DNA of 64,000 bases. Origin: Curvularia clavata. Taxonomy: Eukaryota. The stretch spans positions 1,674,001 through 1,738,000 of the forward strand of contig CP089277.1 of the NCBI GenBank assembly GCA_023920165.1. Reading direction: 5' to 3'. Shown piece by piece: positions 11,970 through 22,216 of the stretch. Below the pieces are notes generated by a model. That model was not told where the DNA came from, did no database searches, and worked only from the letters and a program-made list of their open reading frames with translations. Position 1 is the stretch's first letter. Every line of letters starts with the position of its first letter. A program made the translations under genes and the position numbers.

Positions 11970-13364
11970 TCAGGTACGATAGTCTCCGTTGATAGTCACA
12001 TACTCGTGACTGAAATCACATGTCCAAAACACGGCTTCCTCGCCAGCCTTCTCGCTCAGACTCACCTTGATCTCCAAGTCCTCGGCCTCGAGGATCTTGG
12101 CCGCCCGGCTCTCATCCACCTGCTCCGGCTCCCCCTTGACCAGCAGCTTCAGCTCCTCGCTACCGTCCGTTGGCACAAAGCTGACGCTGGTCTCTTCAGG
12201 CACTACCGAGTCGGCCCCCTCAGCATACCCCGTGGCGCACAGGATACGGCCCCAGTTAGCGTCCTTGCCGTAGAGCGCCGTCTTCACTAGGGGTGAACGT
12301 GCAATCGTAGACGCAACCCGGTGCGCATCCTTGTACGAGGCGGCGTTCGTGACACGTATCGTGACAAACTTGGTGGCACCCTCGCCGTCCCTGACAACTA
12401 GCTTGGCCAGATCAATAGAAAAATCTGTAAGTATTTGCTGAAAGGCTTCAAAGTCGGGTGACTCAAGTGACGTGATCGGCTGGCCACCGCCCGCGCCATT
12501 GGCTAGCACGGCAACTGTGTCGTTGGTCGATGTATCTCCATCGATTGAAACGCTGTTGAACGACTTTTGGATGGCCGACAGGAGCGCTTGGCGGAGGGGA
12601 TACGCGGCAACGGGTGCGTCGGTACATATGATGCCTAGAAGTGTCGCCATGTTGGGATGGATCATGCCCGCGCCTTTGGTCATGCCCGCAATGCGGTATT
12701 CTTGCTGAGTGCTCGGAAGCGTAAACGTCTTGGAAATGAGCTTTGGAAATGTATCAGTTGTGCAAATCGCACGAGCCGTGGCCAGCCAGTGGTCGTGTGT
12801 ATCTCCAAGGTTGCCGTATGCTGTGGGTATCTTGGAGGTAATCTTCTGAATCGGCAGGCGTTGGCCTATAACACCAGTACTCATGACAATACTTCGGCTT
12901 CCTTTGAGATCGTCCTGGCCGTTTCCGTCTCGCACGAAACACGCATCTGTCTCGTTGCCCATGGCTATGGCATCCTCGATGCCTCCACGGCCTGTAACGG
13001 CATTGGCACATCCCGAGTTGACTACAACAGCTCTAATGCCTTCGCCTTTCCTTTTCTTCAGCATATCTCTGCTGACTGTGACGGGTGCTGCCTGGAACTT
13101 GTTGGTGGTGAAAACCGCAGCTCCAGCGCATGGCGTGTCTGACGCTACAATGGCTAGATCGTCGAACCGGGTGTTAGATGCCTTGACGCCAACATGTGCA
13201 CTGCCAGCCTTGAAACCGCGCGGATATGTGCCAGAAGTCGGCACATATCGCTTCTTCGCTGGAGGAATTACGCCATCGCCCGGTGCGGCATAAGTTCGTA
13301 CCTGGGTTGCAAAAATGCGGTTTGTACGGGTAAAGAGGCGCGGGCTTGGGCGCGTGAGAGACAT
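11970..13364 (-). CDS. ARG7: Mitochondrial bifunctional glutamate N-acetyltransferase/ornithine acetyltransferase (ArgJ), 464 aa
   Basis: [39 protein letters not shown] autocleavage site, [26 protein letters not shown]; Arg-rich presequence. Confidence 0.97.
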   Translation of the reverse strand: MSLTRPSPRLFTRTNRIFATQVRTYAAPGDGVIPPAKKRYVPTSGTYPRGFKAGSAHVGVKASNTRFDDLAIVASDTPCAGAAVFTTNKFQAAPVTVSRDMLKKRKGEGIRAVVVNSGCANAVTGRGGIEDAIAMGNETDACFVRDGNGQDDLKGSRSIVMSTGVIGQRLPIQKITSKIPTAYGNLGDTHDHWLATARAICTTDTFPKLISKTFTLPSTQQEYRIAGMTKGAGMIHPNMATLLGIICTDAPVAAYPLRQALLSAIQKSFNSVSIDGDTSTNDTVAVLANGAGGGQPITSLESPDFEAFQQILTDFSIDLAKLVVRDGEGATKFVTIRVTNAASYKDAHRVASTIARSPLVKTALYGKDANWGRILCATGYAEGADSVVPEETSVSFVPTDGSEELKLLVKGEPEQVDESRAAKILEAEDLEIKVSLSEKAGEEAVFWTCDFSHEYVTINGDYRT

Positions 13365-13612
13365 TTTGTCAATTCAAAGAGCAGAACACGCTCAGATGAG
13401 CTGGATGCAGCTGTCAGACGTCTCTGATGTATGACAACAAACGAACTGATGGATACCGATATCGCATGTGGTGAATCATATCCTAGGACATGGGTCCCTG
13501 CAGGCGCGGGTATCTAAGCGATGAACCTCCGCTGCTATTGCAGCGCGCCAAGCATCAAGTCGCGTAAGTCGCGTCGACCAATCTCGCCGCAACTACCCAT
13601 CACACTCAAAAC

Positions 13613-15349
13613 ATGGTCGGCACAAAGAGAAGACGTGACAATGACGAAAACGATGATGCTACACCACAAAAACTGCGCGCTCGGATAGCCGACGAGCTGC
13701 TAGACGACCAAGAACCTATTGAAGCGCAGACGCCATCGAGAAAGGGGAGAACATATCTCGCCGAGCATGGGACCCCACGGTCGATTCTCAAGAAGACTGG
13801 CCTCACAAACGGAGTGGCCGCCACACCAAAGTCAACAAGGAAGCTGGTCTTCGAAACCCCTACCAAGTCCGCCAAACACGAATCCCCAGATGGTACCCCG
13901 ACCCTTGTCTGCAACGCCGATCGAAGCGCACGCAGGAAGAGTAACAGGCGTATATTGGAGCGTACATTGAATGGATTGGAAAGCGATGAGGATGCTCTTG
14001 ATGAAGAAGATGAGCTTGCTCAGCAGATTCTTGACGAGCCAGCGGACGAGGCAGAGCAGCTCATAGACGCCCCTCAGGAAGAAGCTCCCGTGCCTGAGAC
14101 ACCCTCGAAGCGTGGAAGAGGTCGACCAAAAGGCTCAGGCAAAGTAGGACGACCGCGAAAGCAACGCTCGCCCACCCCGCCGACCGAACTGCCTCCGCAC
14201 GAGGAGTACTTTTGGCAGAACCGCCCAGCAGGAACAAAGACGTCCAACAACACACTCTCCGCACAGAGCCTACTCAATCATGACGAGTACTTTCAGTCAA
14301 TACAGTCATACCAAGACCGCCACCAGTCTGAGATAGACTTTCTGTTGGAATTGCACGGCCGTGCATATGACCAGTGGATATTCGAACTCGAAGAAGGTTT
14401 CAACATCTGCCTCTATGGCTACGGCTCAAAACGTATCATCACCGAGCGATTCACAGCCCACCTTTACCACTCCCTCCTCGACCGCGTGCCTTACAAAGGA
14501 ACAAAAAAGACGCCCAAGATAGTAGTCATAAACGGTTATGCTCCTGGTACCACAATCAAGGAGCTTCTAGTAACAATCGCATCGGCCGTCGTACCGACGA
14601 CTCTCAAGTTACCTAATCAACCTGCGTTGCTACTCGACTTCATCCTGGATTACCTCACAAATAGTCCACCATCTCATCCAGTACCTGTCATCTTGAATTC
14701 AATCGATTCGTCCTACCTTCGAAAAACTCCAGGGCCCTCCATGCTCGCCCGATTAGCCGCCCATCCTTCCATCAATCTTATATGTACGGCGGACACACCA
14801 AACTTTCCTCTGCTATGGGACGTCGGCCTCAAGACACAATACAAATTCCTATTCCACGACACAACTACCTTTGCACCTTATGAAGCCGAGATAGATACAG
14901 TGGAGACTGTGAACGAGCTCCTTGGACGCAGCGGTAGACGAGTAGGTGGCAGAGACGGCGTAGGCTTTGTTCTGCGCTCTCTACCAGAACAAGCTCGAGA
15001 ACTCTTCCGCATCCTTGTGATGGAGCAGCTAGCCTTGTCTATGATGGAAGGCGGCGACATGGACGAAGATGATGGCATTACCGCTACACCAAAATCCAAG
15101 GGTGCACAACCAAGGAACGCCCTCCCTGAGTCCAATCAAGGCGTCGAATACCGTGTCCTATATCACAAAGCTGTCGAGGCCTTCGTGTGCACGAGCGAAG
15201 TCAGTTTCAGAACTCTGCTCAAGGAATTCCATGACCATCAAATGATTGAGAGCAGGAAAGACGGCATGGGCACAGAGAGGCTGTGGGTCCCGTTCCGTCA
15301 AGATGAGTTGGAAGGTCTGGCTGAAGACCTTGCTGGAGAGGCATTTTAG
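13613..15349 (+). CDS. ORC2: Origin recognition complex subunit 2, 578 aa
   Basis: QWIFELEEGFNICLYGYGSK, FLFHDTTTFAPY and LLKEFHDHQMI motifs; AT-hook-like KRGRGRPK in the N-terminal region. Confidence 0.95.
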   Translation: MVGTKRRRDNDENDDATPQKLRARIADELLDDQEPIEAQTPSRKGRTYLAEHGTPRSILKKTGLTNGVAATPKSTRKLVFETPTKSAKHESPDGTPTLVCNADRSARRKSNRRILERTLNGLESDEDALDEEDELAQQILDEPADEAEQLIDAPQEEAPVPETPSKRGRGRPKGSGKVGRPRKQRSPTPPTELPPHEEYFWQNRPAGTKTSNNTLSAQSLLNHDEYFQSIQSYQDRHQSEIDFLLELHGRAYDQWIFELEEGFNICLYGYGSKRIITERFTAHLYHSLLDRVPYKGTKKTPKIVVINGYAPGTTIKELLVTIASAVVPTTLKLPNQPALLLDFILDYLTNSPPSHPVPVILNSIDSSYLRKTPGPSMLARLAAHPSINLICTADTPNFPLLWDVGLKTQYKFLFHDTTTFAPYEAEIDTVETVNELLGRSGRRVGGRDGVGFVLRSLPEQARELFRILVMEQLALSMMEGGDMDEDDGITATPKSKGAQPRNALPESNQGVEYRVLYHKAVEAFVCTSEVSFRTLLKEFHDHQMIESRKDGMGTERLWVPFRQDELEGLAEDLAGEAF

Positions 15350-15779
15350 TTTTGATATAACTTCTTCTCATCTTTTCAATCCACTGTATTAATATTTAGA
15401 GCAAGAGCTGATGCTGTAACTGTTGTGTACATCGACAAAAGTTTGATTATTGGCTTTGCGTCGTTGATTTTGCACCAGTTGCGACGCGTGTTCAGTAGAC
15501 CGATGACGCAGGTGTGTCTACATTTTAATTTTCATGATCTGAGTATTACCAGTACATCCTGGCTGGTAGGTTGGGCCATGGTGGAGACGTACGATTCCGG
15601 CTCGGGACGTTCGGAGAGCAAAATTTTGAGTGTAGCCCCGCTTTCCGCTACAATGAAAATTTGGAAGCACCACGACGCAAGAAGCTTGTTTTCATCTGTA
15701 GTTGGTTGAACAGGATCATCTGATGCTGGCAATATATACCTTGTTTTCGTCCGATCTAACATCAAATCATCAATCACCT

Positions 15780-15864
15780 GGTCGCTTAGCTCAGTTGGTT
15801 AGAGCGTGGTGCTAATACCTTGTATGATACGCCAAGGTCGCGAGTTCGACCCTCGTAGTGACCA
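15780..15864 (+). tRNA. tRNA-Ile(AAT) with ~11-nt intron (15818-15828)
   Basis: GGTCGCT/AGTGACC acceptor stem, TAGCTCAGTTGGTTAGAGC D arm, anticodon AAT at 15814-15816, GTTCGA T loop, T-run terminator downstream. Confidence 0.95.
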
Positions 15865-16095
15865 TCTTCTTTTTGTGGCTGTGTATGTCTTCTGACGGAC
15901 AGTACACGATGTACTTTTTTTTCGCTCAGCGTGTGGTGCGTGACGGTACTTTTTGACAAGTCCAATGTATTCTACCACTCCATGATGTGTATTGGCAAGC
16001 AACATCAAATATGATCAGAATTTCTTTAGCCTCTTACGAATATATTGGGGAGATTGCGCACTCAATTTCCTTTCTTTATTGACAGTCATCACGTT

Positions 16096-17051
16096 CTACT
16101 GCCTCAACTTCCACACACTAATCATGTCTTCTCCACGACTTTGCTCAAATGACTCCGGCGGCTTCCAGTACACGACCCTTTCAAAGCTGCCCTGGTTCCT
16201 GCCAACACCAACAAGCTTGCCCGACTCGTCAACCGTACCGTCCCCACCGTCAGCCAACAAATTCCAGTGCACACCATTCAGACCCCAAGGGGGCCCTTGC
16301 GCCTTGAGGGGCTTCCACATGGGAAACTCAAGACACACGAGCACACCGCTCGGGGACAGAAGACTCTTGATACGCTCAGCCCAGTCTTTGCGCATCTCTG
16401 GTAGCAAAGCGCAGAGGAACTAGTATGATCAGTCAATGTCTTTGCAATTAGACATTGTGCGACTTACCGTGTAATCATAGATTAGGTCGAAACCTTGGAA
16501 GTCTGATCCAAACTGGGACTCGTAGCCTTTCTGAAAAAAGTCGCCGAGGATCACGTCAGCAGTACCATTGTTGTCGGAGGCTTCGAGCTGGGCTTTTATG
16601 TTTTGATTCGCCGTTTCTACTGCTGTTTGCGAGACCTCCAGACCCCATACCTGGAAGCCGTAACGCGCTAGGAGAGCTACATCATGACCCTTTCCGCAGC
16701 CCTATGGGAGTTCAGCTACTTTTGTCCAATTGGTCTCTCTAGTCAAAAGCGGGGTTTGGCATACAGGTACAAAGGCTTTGAGTGGGCGGGCCCCTCTGTC
16801 ACGGAACAGCGTCTCTCGGTACGGATGGGTGTCTAGGAAAGCCTGTAACGCGGGGGAAGGCCGACCACGATCCCACAGGTGCGCTTCATCTTTTTCCCAC
16901 AGTTTGGACCATCCGTCGCTTTGTGCATCGCGGGACCTGACTCAGGTGTTAGTCCAGAACGGTAATTGAGGGGCTGTTGTTTTTACTTGTAGTCATCAAA
17001 GTGCGCGATGAGCTGTGTCCTGTTTTCGACAGAACGAGCCTCAGTGGTCAT
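16096..17051 (-). CDS. SAM-dependent thiol/halide methyltransferase (TPMT family), ~264 aa, 4 exons: 17051-16987, 16936-16765, 16701-16468, 16419-16096
   Basis: Spliced product has WSKLWE...WDRGRPSPAL, VPGCGKGHDV (SAM motif I), GDFF, FDLIYDYTFLCAL and GPPWG; three canonical introns keep the frame. Confidence 0.9.
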
Positions 17052-17763
17052 GATTGCGATTTGATGTGCAAGGAGCGGGACCTAACGGTAATGCTTCTAG
17101 GGTAAGGACAGTACCTGGTAAGCTGCTCGGGTACGTCGTCCACCAGCTCATCCTTGACGTCACACTGGCTTTATATTTAACGACACCAAACACGCTCCAA
17201 TACCACCAGCGACAATAGCGCATACACCAGACTCTTGGAAAGCGTATAGATCGTATTTGCCATTTGCTCCTGGCCAGTCATAGCCCTCTTAGCATCTTGA
17301 CGGACCTCAGTGATAAGGCCCGCTAGCGCAATACGATCAAGTTCTTGTTATGGCAGCGCAACAAGGCAAACTGGCTGTGTTGTGGCTGAGCTGCTGTCCC
17401 AACTCCGTGTTTCCTTGCTTCATAGAACCCAATTCTCACCGCAAAGTGGATCAGGATCAAATACAAACGTCACGAGCCCGGCGCCTGAAGGTACAATGAG
17501 TGCTCTGAGCGTGGCTGTGGGTTCCGAGATGCCGTCCAGGTGGATAATATCCACTCGTTTTGGTAGTATGGAACCAGTTTGGGCCAGCACGTCACATTGT
17601 GCCAAGCTGCTGCCCCAAATCAGGTTCATATGGCAACGACTGTCCAGTAGGCGTTCAAAGTGGATTGCACCTGCTAATCTTCTCAGAAACACCCGGGACG
17701 CATCTCTTCATTCACGTCCCAGGCTTCAGCGCATGCCAGACTTCCCCTCTTGCATCAGTATCC

Positions 17764-19014
17764 ATGGGTTACCTTCTTCTTGGCTTTAGATCAACCCGGC
17801 CCCGAACAATTTACCGCTTACGATATCGTTTGGTCTTTGCTCTCTTTATAGTTGCGTTGCTGTACCAGCAATATATGTTTTTTGTCAGCCGAGAAGCGCT
17901 CCGACAAAAATACGTCGCAACCAGCTTCAACTCGACCGCCCAATATCTGCACACACGCTTTTGGAAGCCAGACAACCAGGACTTGCGGTTTCAAACTGAA
18001 CTTCTAGCTAACCGACATGATTGGAAATCGCTGGGACAGGGTTGGGAAGGAAAAGTGTTTGTTTATCGAGACTCGGTCATCAAGACTTATGATACAGTGA
18101 GAAGCCCATTCCGGAATTGCGCTCCTGCAAACTATTCAATTGCCCGATGGCCCACTGAGATACCCGCATCCCTTCATTTCGGAGGCTCCATCTCTAGTAA
18201 TGCTAGCAGAGACGACGACGATTGGGCTGCGAAAGCAAACTACGAGGGCTTCCTTCCCGTAAAGGCATACTTCATGGCGTCCGCTTCGCCAGACAGTCCG
18301 GAAGAATGGCACCTAGTGACCCCGCTGGTGAAAGGTGGCAGCCTTCTCACGCTCGCCAGCAAACTCTCTATGGACCCACAACCCAAATCGTACCGAGAAA
18401 TGGACGCGATGTACCGACCAACATTCAATCATCTTCTCGAGAATTTATCAATGTTTCACAAATCTGGCTATTGCCACGATGACGTGAAGCCATCCAATAT
18501 CTTTGTCCAGAGCGAATCGCAATGGCTGTTAGGTGACTTGGGCAATGTGCGAGAGATCTACCATCCCTACCATTCATCGCGCATTTGGAGAGACAGCAAG
18601 CAGATCGCCGACTGCCGAGCCAACGACGCGGTGCGAGCCCTACTATCCTACCTGAAGTTCATTCAAGTCTCCATGCCCAACCAAGACGCCTTTAACGCAG
18701 CCTTGCTGGAAGGACGCCAGTCTCTAAGCAGACTCCTATGGTGGACACTAGCAGATGCACCGAGAATGAGTGCCGAAGAGCTTCGTCGGCGCTCCATGAT
18801 CGAATACCCAGAAGCAATGCCCGAGCAAGACATTCGAAACCGCTACCCCTTGTCTTCGCGCGCTTACGCTCTTGCGCGCTTCTTTTCAGATCGCGGCGTG
18901 ACTAAGTTGGCGGTCGACTATATGCTCTGGACGACTTTGACCGAGGCACGAGCCCGGCTGTGGGGCTTTGTCTGGTTGTTTGATCTGCCAGCTATGCAGA
19001 GTTGTAGAGTCTGA
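17764..19014 (+). CDS. Protein-kinase-like fold protein with N-terminal signal anchor, ~416 aa
   Basis: First ATG at 17764 within a 484-codon ORF. LGQGWEGKV Gly loop, VIK lysine, CHDDVKPSNIF catalytic loop, DLG; hydrophobic LVFALFIVALLY preceded by Arg residues. Confidence 0.8.
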   Translation: MGYLLLGFRSTRPRTIYRLRYRLVFALFIVALLYQQYMFFVSREALRQKYVATSFNSTAQYLHTRFWKPDNQDLRFQTELLANRHDWKSLGQGWEGKVFVYRDSVIKTYDTVRSPFRNCAPANYSIARWPTEIPASLHFGGSISSNASRDDDDWAAKANYEGFLPVKAYFMASASPDSPEEWHLVTPLVKGGSLLTLASKLSMDPQPKSYREMDAMYRPTFNHLLENLSMFHKSGYCHDDVKPSNIFVQSESQWLLGDLGNVREIYHPYHSSRIWRDSKQIADCRANDAVRALLSYLKFIQVSMPNQDAFNAALLEGRQSLSRLLWWTLADAPRMSAEELRRRSMIEYPEAMPEQDIRNRYPLSSRAYALARFFSDRGVTKLAVDYMLWTTLTEARARLWGFVWLFDLPAMQSCRV

Positions 19015-19912
19015 TACCCCTCCTATAATAGCTCGCTGACGTTTGGTATTCTTCGTAACTGAACCTAATGTAATTCTTTTCTTCGAACGAGCATGATTTA
19101 TTTGGTTTAGAGTTCGATAGGAACATTGCTTGAGCGTATTTCTTGTAGATGGAGGGGTTGTGCCTCTATTAGTCTTTCTCTCTGGTTGATATTTGTCTGG
19201 CCGGTTAGGTCCGTTGTATTTGGTATTCTTTCCTCGTCTGTTACTATTAATGTTCCTAACATAATAGAGTCACATATACAGGAATAAAGCCGATTATTAA
19301 GCAATATATTTATGTCTGTTTTTATTTCCCATAAGTGGCTCACCTGCGGTAATTGGCCAAAAATATACATATATCACATGAAAGAGCGGCAGGCCGCCCC
19401 TCAGTTCACATTGAGAAACATATAACTCCTATTGCATATTATTATACCCTTACACACTGGGTTTTATGTAAAGGCCACGTGTTTATCTTAGCTAGTCCTT
19501 ACTACTACATGCTTGCATTTAACATTAGACGGCTTAAGAAACGGTTATTAAACCCCTTGGGAAGAGTAGCTCTAGGCATTTTCCAAGCCTCCGACACATT
19601 CTTGTAGTGTTGCCAAGTATTTACAATCAATAGCTCCTTGCCATGTGTCACAAGGCGGAGGGTGGCGGTGCTGGCGCCAGGGTGATGGTGGCTGCATGTA
19701 GGACAGAGAGCGTCTGATCGGTCGCTCTCATTGGTTATTCCACTTGTAGACTGAATGTGTTGTCTAGTAAGTATGCACTCACATTATTGGCGGTGAGCCT
19801 CGAGCTGGTGGCAGTTGTTTAGATAGCTGCCCAACACACCATATCTACATGATAGACCTTCCCCTTCCTCAGCCTCACACAGGCTTCTACTTCATCGCCA
19901 CCACACCTGCTT

Positions 19913-21694
19913 ATGGCTTCTTTTCAATTTCGCAGTCTGGAAAGCGCCTCGCACTTTCGGATCCTCTACCTCGATGCCGGTGCGTATGAGGAGCAGCTGT
20001 CTGGCAGCCTTGTCCATCACAACCTAGATGAACACCCAATATATGACTGTCTCTCGTACGTCTGGGGCTGTCCCAACCTTTCGCATAGTGTGTTGGTAGA
20101 TGGTGCTTCTTTTCCGGTCACGGCCAATTTATACTCCGCGCTGAAGCGCATTCGCGCACGAAGGTCTAACGGACAGACCGCCATCTGGGCAGACGGTATC
20201 TGCATCAATCAGAACGACATATCAGAACGGAACCAGCAGATCGGCTTGATGAGACGCATATACAGCGAGTGCCAGACAGGGCTCATGTACATTGGGGAGG
20301 CAGCTGATGGGAGCGAGTTGTTGCCAGACTTTCTGAACGCTCTCCGACAGTCAATTGTCAATTCCGTCGAAAATATGAACATTCTTGTGCCACTTGGATT
20401 TGACGGATATGCATTTCCAAAAGCGGCCCACCCTGGTTGGAAAATACTGAAGAACGTTTTACGACGCCCCTGGTTTCAGCGCGTCTGGATCATTCAAGAG
20501 TTTGCACTTGCGTCACAGATAAAGATGATTTGTGGTCAATGGGAAATCCCCGGGACGTATTTGATCGTTGTGTTTCTGTTGCCTATATGGGCGCACTCGC
20601 AGGGTGTTCCTTATACTGTCATCGATAACGCGACCAGAGCCGCTGTCTGGAACCACCGTGTCCATCTGGCCGTCAGAGCGAATGTTAGAGCGGCCACTAG
20701 AATGACCGTCGATCGTGCAAATGGTGCATACCCAACAAATCCACCAGTATCCTTTACTGCAAGATTGTCTCAGCCATTGATATGGTTGTTAGATCAATCA
20801 CAATTGTTTCTGGCTACAGACCCACGAGATAAGATATACGCCCTTATACCACTCTCTTCTGACTCTGAAAATTCCAATCTTACCATGGACTACTCAAAAC
20901 CCAGAGAACTTGTAATAGCTGAAGTTGCACAACATCTGGTCCGCAATGGATATGGATTGTCTCTGCTCCTTAGTGCGGGTTCGCTGAGATTTTCAAATAG
21001 TCCTTCGTCTTGGTATCCGGACTGGACGAGCTCTGTAACATCCCCTGGGCCCGTTATATGGCCTATGCGGTTCAAGAGGATGCCTGATTGTCAAATCATC
21101 TTGAATTCAAGCACAGAAACGATCACGGCAATTGGTTCAATCGTCGATATCGTTCAGGATCCGGGTGCCCTAGTTTGCTCTGACTGGCTGGCCAGCGATA
21201 GAAACAAATGGATTAAAGAAACAAATACAATTATTGCTGAGTTTCAGACGTATCCAACCGGGAAAGCGGTGCATGAAGCCGTATGGAGAACTTTAACTGC
21301 TGACCGATCTAAAGAGAAGCAGTCGCCTGCACCAGAATCGTATGGAAACGTTTACCGACTAATTCAGAATATAACCGCCGGATCCGATGACTTCTTGTCT
21401 TCTTCTATCAATTTTGAAGAAGCTATCAATACTATTCATTGTTTTGATGAATCCTTGTTAAAGGGACACAGATTTTCTACTACCGCAAAGAAGTTGTTCA
21501 GCATGCTTCCCAGAGAAGCGGAAGTCGGTGATTCTGTATTTTTCGTTAAAGGAGACCCGGAAAAAGTCACTTTTCTTATTCGTAAAGACCCGGGTCTGGA
21601 CCAATACCGATTGATTGGTCAGGCATATGTGCACGGTATCTGGAGTGTCTTGAAGCTCGACGATCTGGAGGACATAGCAATCACTATATACTAG
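19913..21694 (+). CDS. Heterokaryon incompatibility (HET domain, HET-6-like) protein, 593 aa
   Basis: YDCLSYVWG, IWADGICINQ, ERNQQIGLMRRIYS, WFQRVWIIQE, ATDPRDKIYAL, SWYPDW and YRLIGQAYVHG motifs. Confidence 0.93.
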   Translation: MASFQFRSLESASHFRILYLDAGAYEEQLSGSLVHHNLDEHPIYDCLSYVWGCPNLSHSVLVDGASFPVTANLYSALKRIRARRSNGQTAIWADGICINQNDISERNQQIGLMRRIYSECQTGLMYIGEAADGSELLPDFLNALRQSIVNSVENMNILVPLGFDGYAFPKAAHPGWKILKNVLRRPWFQRVWIIQEFALASQIKMICGQWEIPGTYLIVVFLLPIWAHSQGVPYTVIDNATRAAVWNHRVHLAVRANVRAATRMTVDRANGAYPTNPPVSFTARLSQPLIWLLDQSQLFLATDPRDKIYALIPLSSDSENSNLTMDYSKPRELVIAEVAQHLVRNGYGLSLLLSAGSLRFSNSPSSWYPDWTSSVTSPGPVIWPMRFKRMPDCQIILNSSTETITAIGSIVDIVQDPGALVCSDWLASDRNKWIKETNTIIAEFQTYPTGKAVHEAVWRTLTADRSKEKQSPAPESYGNVYRLIQNITAGSDDFLSSSINFEEAINTIHCFDESLLKGHRFSTTAKKLFSMLPREAEVGDSVFFVKGDPEKVTFLIRKDPGLDQYRLIGQAYVHGIWSVLKLDDLEDIAITIY

Positions 21695-22216
21695 TTCTCA
21701 ATACTTCCATAATGACGAAACGATCTTGGTTTTTTGTCTTGTATAAATTTCCAGAAGCAGTGATTCAGAAGCAATGATTTAGAAGCAAAGCGTGGATTAC
21801 CGTACTCTTAATTAACGAGTGCGAAGATGTTAATATTGGCGACTCTCTGCAGACTTCCTGAGATACCATTGTGACGTCGAGTTGAGGAGACAAAGCATGC
21901 GGCCCCTATTTGCATGTCTCAGTGCGCTTTGTCAAGTGTACCTTCCCGCGAAACAGTCGCACAATCACCGACTCTACCATTTAGACCATGGACGATAGCG
22001 CACAATGTTTACCTATCACTTCAGGTGAATATCAACTCGATTTATCACCATCACAAACATTGTATTGAACAAAGCCCTTGTTGTTACTCTCCCTGTTGAA
22101 TCATGACATTGTGGTGCTTTGGCTTTAGAGTTATATATATGGAATTCCCACTTCAAGTTTACCTTAGACATCCGATTACAATTACAAATAGTAGAATATA
22201 CAGTACAGTTATCACC

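Noticed and set aside
21753..21787. AGAAGCARTGATT tandem repeat (~2.5 copies) after the HET gene
   Set aside because: Too short; consistent with ordinary replication slippage.
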